Origin: an uncultured virus (IMG/VR IMGVR_UViG_3300026549_000072)
Taxonomy: Duplodnaviria > Heunggongvirae > Uroviricota > Caudoviricetes
Virus record (IMG/VR): IMGVR_UViG_3300026549_000072
Reading direction: 5' to 3' (one strand)
DNA: 20,000 nucleotides
Notes under the pieces: generated by a model
The model's database searches: none
Seen by the model: only the letters and a program-made list of their open reading frames with translations
What the model was told of the DNA's origin: nothing
Shown: piece after piece, positions 11,790 through 20,000 of the stretch
Position numbering within the stretch: the first letter of the stretch is position 1
How the letters are laid out: every line of letters begins with the position of its first letter
Position numbers and translations under genes: made by a program

Positions 11790-11926
11790 GTCAGTTTGTT
11801 GAGAGCTTAGCTCGGCTTTACAGCCAAAAACAAATTACACAAGAAATGGTGAGGACACTTTTTACAAAAGGAAAAATCACGAGTTCCGAATTTGTCTATA
11901 TCACCTCTTCTAAGGAGAAGTCATAA
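11786..11926 (+). CDS. XkdX-like small phage protein, 46 aa
   Basis: GGAGGT 11775-11780; ATGA overlap with the upstream stop. MSQFVESLARLYSQKQITQEMVRTLFTKGKITSSEFVYITSSKEKS fits the XkdX-type pattern (LY....I....V......GKIT..E...IT). Ends TAA. Confidence 0.7.
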   Translation: MSQFVESLARLYSQKQITQEMVRTLFTKGKITSSEFVYITSSKEKS

Positions 11927-12561
11927 TGTATACGATTATTGTTAATAATGATAATGTGCTGGACAAAACTAATGTCGAGCGTGTTATGTGCAAAAGTAAA
12001 CTCGTGAATAATATGCATTTTCTTGTGCCACTTATGTACGATTAGATTAGTATGGATGGATTTACTGCCGTACTTGAATATCGTCTTCCTGTGAGCAAGG
12101 CGTATCATACCGAGATTCTTGTTGTACAACCAGAGATTTACAAGGATGATTATCTAGAATATCGTTTACCGTTTGATACAAATTTAACGGCAGAAGCTGG
12201 TGAGATTGAATTACAGCTCACGTTTACTAAAGCCATTCTTAATGATGATGGCACAACAACTCAGTATGTTAGGAAGACTCTTCCAACCTAGATTGTAATT
12301 ACGCCGATTGCATCCTGGGCTGATATGATTCCTGATGCCGCACTTACCGCCCTCGACCAGAGGATTATTGCACTTGACCTTGCTCAAGAACAGCTCGCTC
12401 AGCTTGCTCAGCTTCTTAACACAGGTAAAGCTGATAATGTTGTTATCGAGGGTGACCAGCTACAGCTTACTTCTAATGGCGTTAAGATTGGCGATGCTGT
12501 TACTGTTAATCAGATTTACAATATTAACACGACTGGCGAACTGAAGGTGGTGGAGATTTAA
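11926..12561 (+). CDS. BppU-like baseplate/fibre attachment protein, 211 aa with 2 TAGs read as sense
   Basis: AAGGAG 11912-11917; TAATG overlap. TAG at 12043 and 12289 join the N-terminus with ORFs 12052 and 12325. The motif LPFDTNLTAEAGEIELQLTF resembles BppU N-terminal domains and the WLVDERATVAAGKLQFEI motif of the giant protein. Confidence 0.8.
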
Positions 12562-12929
12562 TGCCAAACGAAGAATCTGCCAAGCTAGGGTACGGTAAAT
12601 ATGACCGAGTTAACAAGGCGGTGGATTCTGGAACATTAGATGCTAGAGATTTGGTCATCACGAGAGATACATCAGAGTTTATCTATATTCGTGATGACCT
12701 GTCTCAGCAGGTAATCCGCCCACGCCTCAGATGCTTCGATGATGTGTTTACCGCATTGAACGAATTAAATAATTCTGCTGATACATATGCTGGCCAGTTT
12801 GTTTGTATTAAGAATGAGTCAGGTGAATATGAACCATATGTCGTTCAGCAAGGAACATCTATCTTCGAGGTACAACCAATAGTACAAGCATAGGCTCCCA
12901 CTGCTAATATTCAGTGGGTGCGTTTTTGA
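12561..12929 (+). CDS. Phage fibre-associated protein, 122 aa with 1 TAG read as sense; paralog of the N-terminus of 14473..15372
   Basis: TAATG overlap. Reading through TAG 12891 extends the frame to TGA 12927-12929, which overlaps the next SD (GAGGT) and closes the intergenic gap. Confidence 0.75.
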
Positions 12930-12937
12930 GGTAATAA

Positions 12938-14032
12938 ATGGCGAATGTAAGTTTTTACTATGGCACAAAAGCGAACTATAATTCGCTCCAAACAAAGAGT
13001 GCCGATACTTTATATTTTATTACCGATACGCTGCAATTGTATAAAGGCGAAGACGAATATACCAAATCAATGTAGTTCGTCTCTTAGCTCCCGGCTAATG
13101 GTGAAGCTCGGCAAGGTATTCTTTATATTCTATAGAGCGACTTTTCAGCATATCGGTTCACTGGGTAGGCATATCAGAAACTATTTCTTGGATACGCAAC
13201 TGCTATTCCAAATGTATCGCCTACCGATGACAATGTTCCTACAACAAAAGCTGTTGCAGACTATGTAAATGCAAAGATAGCGGCTATTACTGGAAGTGCA
13301 GACGGATGGGTGTCTGATGTTACATATAACAACGGCACTTTAACTGTTGTCAAAAGTTCTGGCGGAATTGAGACTACTCTTTCTCATGTTGCTCATGATG
13401 TTTCGTATGATGTTGCAACTCAGACGCTAACTGTCCCTATGTTTGGCGATGAGTCATTGTCAATTAATTTCGCACAGATATCTTCTGTCTCAGGTGGATA
13501 GTATAATTCCGAGACTGGTAATATTGAGCTTGTGCTTGGCAATGGTAATATAGTTGAAATTCCAATTGGTTCTTTGATTGATGTATATACTGGGATCGCA
13601 ACGCAAACCACAGAGACATCTGTAAGCAACGATAATAAAATCTCTGTGCGTGTCAAGCTTTCCGCTTCTGCAAATAATGCATTAACGCTTGAGCAGGACG
13701 GATTATATGTGCCTCTCCCAGATGCATATACAAAAGCTCAAATTGATGGTTTGTTTCAGACAGTCAATGCTGTAATTAACGACCACGTAAATAATTCAAC
13801 TGCACATGTTACAGATGTTGAACGTGCCACATGGAATGCTAAAATATCAAGTGACCAGTTGATTGCGGCTAAGAGTGAAGCAATCGCTACTGCCGCTGCT
13901 GATGCTACTGAGAAAGCAGACCAGGCTCTTATTGATGCAAAAACATATGCTGATGGTCTTAATAGTAATATGATTAACAGAATGACCGTTGTTGAAAGGT
14001 CTATTATCTGGAATACTATACCGTCAGATTAA
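12938..14032 (+). CDS. Phage tail fibre/structural protein, 364 aa with 5 TAGs read as sense
   Basis: GAGGT 12928-12932, ATG 12938. MANVSFYYGTKANYNSLQTKSADTLYFITDT...; TAG at 13073, 13085, 13133, 13166 and 13499; joins ORFs 13310 and 13532; ends TAA. Fibre-type motifs VPTTKAVADYV, NNALTLEQDGLYV and HVTDVERATWN. Confidence 0.82.
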
Positions 14033-14041
14033 GGGGGTTTA

Positions 14042-14473
14042 ATGGCAAACCTCTCATTATTTGAGGTAACTCAATCACAGCTTTCATAGGTGGCAGTTAA
14101 AGATGGTCAGCTGATTGTATGTACTGACACTGGGAACTTCTATAGAGATTTAAGTGATAGACGAATTATTCTTGGGTCTAGTATTGAAAAAGTCAATACT
14201 CTTCCACTTGCACCGCTTAGCAATAAAGTATACTTACTGCTGTCGGATCAATCACTCTGGTACTATGAAAATGATTGGATACAGCTAAGTAATAGCCGTA
14301 TTGTAGTGACGGCGTCAACTTATGCATCACTTCCATCTGTTGGATAGGAAGCGTGTGTATATATAGTTAAAAACCAAAATAAAACATATCGATGGGATGA
14401 TACTGATACTCGCTATTATTGTATTGGTAGTGATTACAACGATATTACTATTATAGATGGAGGAACTCCGTAA
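14042..14473 (+). CDS. Small fibre-associated protein, 143 aa with 2 TAGs read as sense
   Basis: AAGGGGG 14031-14037, ATG 14042. TAG at 14087 and 14345. Ends ...YRWDDTDTRYYCIGSDYNDITIIDGGTP then TAA, overlapping the next ATG. Confidence 0.8.
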
Positions 14474-15372
14474 TGGCTGATAAAAGCGCTAAGCTTGCAT
14501 ATGGCTCATATGCGTAGATTAACGACAAGATTCGTGATGGTGCAATTGACGAGCATGATATCGTTTTTACATCTGACACATCCGAGATTGTCTATATAAA
14601 AAGCGACCTCTCTCCGCAGGTTATGAAGTCAAGAATTGAACTGTTTGATAATATTGATTCCGCTGTGAATACACTCAATCACAGGTAGTCTTCTTATCCT
14701 GGGCAACCTGTTGGAATTAGAGGTACAGATGGTAATTACGACCTTTATACAACATTTCTTCATGGTAATACATTAAGTGTAAAACGTGTTTTTTATGCTC
14801 CAGAAATAGAGTCTCTTACTTAGGAAGTATCAGAGCATATTAATGATAGCACGGCGCACATTACCGATGGCGAGAGAACGCTTTGGAACAATAAGTTAGA
14901 ATCTTCTGCTCTTGACCCATTTAATGAGCATATTGATGATTCATATATCCATATTACTCATGGAGAGCATGAGAATTATAATGCACATATAATCAATGAT
15001 GAAATTCATACCACTCAAAACGAGCGTGAAACATATAATTAGCATATTGAGAATCAAAACATTCATGTAACTGCAAGTGATAAAGAACGTTGGAACTCTC
15101 AGGGAATTACTTTTAACAGTAAAGCTGACTTTATCGCTGAAATGCAACGTCATGATGTTGGTTCTGCCACGCATGTATTCTTCCCAGCGAATGTCATTAA
15201 TGATGTGACTGGCGGAAAGATTACATCTGCTGTTTATGGTTTGATGTGTCATACAGCGGCTTCGAGATATGATATGAATTTGTATGCAGATGGTTATATG
15301 ATGTATTTGGTGAGGCTTGATGAGAATGGAACTGTGTCAAGAGTATCAAGAGCTACTCTTGCAACTGTGTGA
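14473..15372 (+). CDS. His-repeat phage fibre-like protein, 299 aa with 4 TAGs read as sense
   Basis: GGAGGA 14459-14464; TAATG overlap. TAG at 14515, 14686, 14821 and 15040; in frame with ORF 15142..15372; ends TGA. N-terminus aligns with 12561..12929. Confidence 0.82.
14836..15096 (+). repeat. Four degenerate protein-level repeats H-x6-H-(I/T/V)-T-x2-(E/D)-x3-(W/Y)-N
   Basis: HINDSTAHITDGERTLWN, HIDDSYIHITHGEHENYN, HIINDEIHTTQNERETYN, HIENQNIHVTASDKERWN. Confidence 0.85.
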
Positions 15373-15380
15373 GGTAAATA

Positions 15381-16601
15381 ATGCCTAACACAACACTTAA
15401 TACCATATTAATTTTAAGAAATGGCACAGCATCAGAATGGGCATCGACATCCAGAATTCTCATGAAAGGTGAGATGGCGGTTGAGTTCCAAACTGATTCT
15501 GGTGGAAACATTTCAGGATAGCCAAAGCTAAAAATTGGTGATGGCGAAAGTGCATATACTGCTCTGCCATACGTTGGGTTGACAGCAAGTGAAATAGACA
15601 CAATCATTTCTGATCAGATTGGTGATTTAAAGAATTTTAAAACCATTAAAGTTGGAAACACAAATATTGTCGCAGCTTAGATGGAAGATACAATAACATT
15701 AACTGCTGGAAGTAATGTCACTCTTACACCAAACACAACCAATAAAAGTGTAACAATATAGGCCACCGACACAACATATGACCCAGCAACACAAAGCGCC
15801 GATGGTTTAATGTCTTCTACAGACAAACAAAATCTCGACAATGCGGTTTAGAAGTTAAGCGGAATTGATGCTGGTGCAGATGTTAATGTTATTGAGGCTA
15901 TTAAAGTAAATGATAGTGCGCTAACACCAGATTCAAATAAAGCTGTTAACATTACTGTCCCGACTAAAGTTGGAGATCTTACAAACGACAGCGGTTTTAT
16001 CACAAAGGCTGTAAACGATTTAACTAATTACTACAAGAAATCTGAAACATATACAAAAACTGAGGTCGATAATCTTGTAGATGTAATTCCAAAATTTTCA
16101 ATCGCTGTAGTGAATGCACTTCCGACAGAAAGCATATAGAACACAACGATTTACTTAGTGTAGAGTGGTAACAATACAAGTAATCTATACACTGAGTATA
16201 TTTATGTAAATAGTGCTTGGGAGATACTCGGCGCTCAAGAAGTTGATTTATCTGGGTATGTAAGGAAGTCTGATATTGTAACTCAAAGTGCCGACGGTCT
16301 AATGTCAAAAGAGGACAAACAAGCATTAGATACTATTGCAGATGACTATGTTAAATCAATCACTGTGAATGGTAGAGTTATCACTATCACATATGGTGAT
16401 GATGGAACAGATACAATCACAACTCAGGATACTACTTATGATATTGCAACTGCAAACGTCGCTGGTCTTGTAAAGTCATAGACCGGCACTAATCAAATTG
16501 CTGTTGATTCAACTGGAATAATGTCATTTAGCGCCTGTTAGACAGATACATTTGTCCAGGGTACAAACACTTTAATCTTAAATGGCGGAGGGGCTTCGTA
16601 A
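15381..16601 (+). CDS. Tail fibre protein with Mtd_N/hyaluronidase-type N-terminal domain, 406 aa with 8 TAGs read as sense
   Basis: GAGGT 15371-15375, ATG 15381. LRNGTASEW...ILMKGEMAVE...KLKIGDGESAYTALPY is the Mtd_N-type motif. TAG at 15519, 15678, 15759, 15849, 16137, 16161, 16479 and 16539; ends TAA. Entirely absent from the standard-code ORF track. Confidence 0.85.
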
Positions 16602-16629
16602 TGGGGCCTCTCCCATAGGAGTCTCTTAA

Positions 16630-19599
16630 ATGGCAGATAAAACTATTAATGTGAAAATTCGAGAAGCTTATGATACAGAGTAGAACTGGAGGTAGAATGA
16701 CCCAGTTTTATACTCTGGTCAATTAGCTATCTCATCTGATAGACATGGGATGTATAAGGTCGGCAATGGCACAGCAACATGGAGCGAGCTTGATTATGCA
16801 TCTCATCCAGCTTAGGATGTATCATCCTGGGCAAAAGAATCTACTAAGCCGACATACACGATTAGTGAGATTTCTGACGCTGGCACCTTAATCACAAATA
16901 TGACTAGAACCAATATCACAGATGCTCTTGGGTATACACCTATTGGCGAAGGCAATTATGTGATTTAGGTGGATCATGGTGGAACTGGTAAAACGACTGC
17001 AAATGAAGCGGCAAATGTTTTTATTAATGCACTCACGGATGATTAGACAAAACCTGTCGATAGTGACTATTTTATTTCACAGTATGTAAATGGTCATACA
17101 ACAACCACAACTTATCATCGAAGACCGCTCTCCGCCTTATGGGATTATATCAAAGATAAATCAGATGCGGCTTATTTAGCGATAAACGGAACCGCAGCCA
17201 AGGCCACAATTCTTGAGTAGAATCGTACAATTGATGGTATTGCTTTTAATGGCTCGGCAAATGTAACGCATTATGGAGTGTGTAATACTGAGGCCGAAAC
17301 AGCAGAAAAAGCTGTGGCGTGTAATAATTTCTCTCTCGATACAGGATCTGTAATCACGGTAAAGTTTACCATTACAAATACGGCATAGTCCGATGTCACA
17401 TTAAATGTTAATTCTACTGGAGCTAAATCAATCAAGTATCGAAATAGCGTGGTTCCTAGTAGTAGCCTATTTGTTGCTGGGCGTACATATCAATTTGTGT
17501 ATGACGGAGAATCGTATCAACTTGTTGGTGATATCGACACAAACATTGATACAAAGGTAATGCAGTCTTTATCTACTGAAGATATGGATTATCCTGTTCT
17601 ATTTTCATATGCAAATAAGAACGATACCACCGCTGATATTAATAATGGTTCATATAGAAATAATAGTATATATGTAAATCCGTAGACAGGTGCGCTGACA
17701 GCCACAACGCTTAAAGGATATCTTGATGGAAATGCAAAAAGCGCAACTGTTTCGAGTTTCTTAAATCCGACTGATAGCAATACAACTTATGGCTCATCCA
17801 CTGAGAGAGGCACAATAACAGATGGTGTTGTTGTGTTTGGCGAATCATTTAGGAACACTGTCGACTTTGTAAATGAAGACGAGAGTATGATTAGTGATAG
17901 TGGCGATATCACCATGTGGATGAAGCAAGAGGCAGACGATGATGTTCGCCTTAACATGAGTATAGATGGTGATTATTATGCACATAAGGATCAACCAATT
18001 GCAAAGTTAAGCGAGGTTGTTACGCTTAATGGTGATCAGACAATCACTGGGTATAAGACATTTCCTGGCGCGACTTTTACCAATGATACTCGTTGGGAAA
18101 AAGGTGACTATGGTTTCATGATAAGGAATGACGGTGAAAGCACATGGTTCTTATTGACTGCCGAAGGTGATCCGACTGGTTCATAGGAAACGCCTCATCC
18201 GATTCGTATTAAACATGATAATCACGAAGTCTATTTTGGCAGTCCTGTAACCGCACATCAGGGAATAACTGGTAACTTAAACGGCAATGCAACAAGTTCA
18301 ACACAAACAACGCATATAATTGAGCCACATCATCTCAATACAAATTACCAAACATGGGCATCTACATCATAGAATATTCATACAACTGGGCAATATAATG
18401 AATTGAATATAGGTCGATTCTTTATAACAGATGGTACAACTCCTGCAAATTATGGGCTTCCAGTCGTAGATAATCATGTCATGACATATAGCATTGATAA
18501 TACTTCTACTGCATATATGAGATAGCTAGCATTCGATATTAGGTCAAATGCTGTTTATGCTGGTGGACGTGTCAATAATGCCTGGTAGTCATGGGATAAG
18601 CTTGTCTCTAAAGGCAATATCGTTTATGGGCGTGGCAATTTAAATTCAAACGGAACGTTTGACGCAAATGGCAATGTGACGCTTGAAGACTATGGATACG
18701 GCTCTAATATAAGCGTTGGATAGGTTGCTACAAAACCATTTTTAAGATTTGCGTATATGAATGCTGGAAGCGCATCATGGTATGATTGCAGCATAATATG
18801 TTTGATAGACCGTGGTTATAACGGTGGTGAATGGGGAATATTTAAAGCTTGTATAAGAACAAATGATAACTCTAATTCGGCAAGTTTCTCTGCGTCGGGT
18901 GCTATTGTGCAGTGGTTGGTTAGAGTAGGAATTCCAACTGATGCAATACAGATTGGTCTTCACAGTCAATTCCAAAATAACTATGCTAGTTTGTTTTATA
19001 AAATAACTGGTAGTTATCAGGGCGCAAGAATCACAGTATTATCTCAAAACCATAGAGGTAGCCTTGGAAGGCGATGGACATTCCTGAACTGTAGCGAAGA
19101 TAATAATGGCAACGGAACTGAATGCTATGCAAGTATTGCCGCTTACAGTTCAGCTTTGTCTACTATCGTGGCTGGTTCAGACGTTGGTTATACTAATAAT
19201 GCAAGATACGGAGAATATGTATATGTGTCTAATAGAAGGGGATCTGGTGCTTCTGGAAGGATACCATTAATTGTTGATGGTGGCATAAGTGGAACAGATA
19301 ATGCATATAGAAGGCCATATACGATTCAAGATGATATTGGATTTCATTATCGCCCTGGTACATAGTCAAGCAGGACTGGGTATGCATATCTGCAACTTGG
19401 AAACAATATAGCATATACAGGTGGCAATGGAACACGAGGTTTGATAAGACTCTATGGAAACAACTCTTATTTTACCGATATATTAGCGCCTGATTCAAAT
19501 GCGAATAGAACTATTTATCTCCCAAATAGAGGTGGACGAATATTCACCACAGATATGTTTTCTCTCAGCGGAACCACTCTAACTATCTCTACATCATAA
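16630..19599 (+). CDS. Long mosaic tail fibre / receptor-binding protein (Mtd_N-like N-terminus, gp37-like and pyocin-knob-like segments), 989 aa with 14 TAGs read as sense
   Basis: AGGAG 16617-16621, ATG 16630. TAG at 16681, 16693, 16813, 16966, 17044, 17218, 17386, 17683, 18184, 18370, 18523, 18586, 18721 and 19363; joins ORFs 17449, 17833 and 18757; ends TAA 19597-19599. Fibre motifs: ALGYTP, HGGTG.TTA, RTIDGIAFNGSANV, TLNVNSTGAK.I, GDQTITGYKTF, GNLNGNA. Confidence 0.87.
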
Positions 19600-19608
19600 A
19601 GGAGTAAA

Positions 19609-20000
19609 ATGGTAAATATATATGGTTCAGGTGGCGGTGGTATCACATCTGATGATGTCACTGCTTCTCGTGCTGATGTCCTCAATACAGTAGCTACAAT
19701 CACTTCTGATTCAAATGATGAAGTTGTGGTTGGAACTCTTGCTAATATTGGAGCGACAGAGGCACACAAAAGTATTCGCACAGATTCTTCCAACTTGTAT
19801 CTTGGTATGACTGTTGGAGCGCATGTAACAAATGCTTCTTCTGGATATCCTGAAGTTTATGTACCGCTTTCAACACTCCGTTCTAAGATCGGATATACTG
19901 ATGCAGCAAAAGTGTTGGCTGGTACTACAATTGCAGGTCTTGCAGGAACGATGCCGAATAGAGGTGCTGTGAATGCTACGCTTGCAATAAATGCAACTTA
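19609..20000 (+). CDS. Tail fibre-like protein, 3'-truncated by the window edge
   Basis: AAGGAG 19599-19604, ATG 19609, open to the window end with no TAG so far. MVNIYGSGGGGITSDDVTASRADVL...DSNDEVVVGTL...AAKVLAGTTIAGLAGTMPNRGAVNATL resembles fibre motifs of Clostridia-type phages. Confidence 0.75.
   Translation, partial: MVNIYGSGGGGITSDDVTASRADVLNTVATITSDSNDEVVVGTLANIGATEAHKSIRTDSSNLYLGMTVGAHVTNASSGYPEVYVPLSTLRSKIGYTDAAKVLAGTTIAGLAGTMPNRGAVNATLAINAT

Noticed and set aside
12960..13268. 102-aa plus-strand ORF (MAQKRTIIRS...) that appears to fill a gap
   Set aside because: It is in a different frame from the SD-led gene starting at 12938, which has fibre-like motifs and joins the downstream ORFs once TAG is read through.
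3438..19599. Fragmented genes interpreted as pseudogenes of a decaying prophage or as sequencing errors
   Set aside because: Every interruption is an in-frame TAG, with no frameshifts or internal TAA/TGA. Random decay or error would not be restricted to one codon, and the SD sites and overlaps are intact.
828..19599. Other recodings: pyrrolysine, ciliate-type TAA+TAG reassignment, or TGA reassignment
   Set aside because: TAA and TGA both act as real gene ends next to SD/start sites. 49 scattered TAGs at variable positions in structural proteins, with no pyl genes in view, fit a standard amino acid better than pyrrolysine.
1..20000. Suppressor tRNA, CRISPR array, DGR template repeat/reverse transcriptase, introns or invertible fibre cassettes
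   Set aside because: Under the alternative code the largest intergenic gap is about 40 bp. I saw no cloverleaf, spaced direct repeats, reverse transcriptase or recombinase motifs, or long nucleotide-level duplicates.

Overview
The window is a continuous, tightly packed, all plus-strand tail/baseplate/fibre gene module of a large tailed phage. The main result is that this phage appears to use an alternative genetic code in which TAG (amber) is a sense codon, most likely Gln (translation table 15). The fragments in the supplied ORF track lie in shared frames and are separated only by TAG. Reading TAG as sense gives 15 genes that tile the window almost without gaps. I counted 49 in-frame TAGs by hand. 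All 14 gene ends in the window are TAA (11) or TGA (3), and each is followed closely by a start codon, usually with a Shine-Dalgarno motif and often as a TAATG or ATGA overlap. The reconstruction reveals a 2444-aa multidomain tail protein (BppU-like N-terminus, CotH-kinase-like domain, LRR, InlB-B-like repeats, lectin-like and DUF6273-like C-terminus), an XkdW/XkdX-like pair, and a run of fibre proteins with Mtd_N-like anchors, His-rich repeats and a pyocin-knob-like domain. TAG density is about 5-fold higher downstream of an intrinsic terminator at 11443-11467. No suppressor tRNA, release factor or reverse transcriptase is present in the window. All domain names come from recognising motifs by eye, not from searches.
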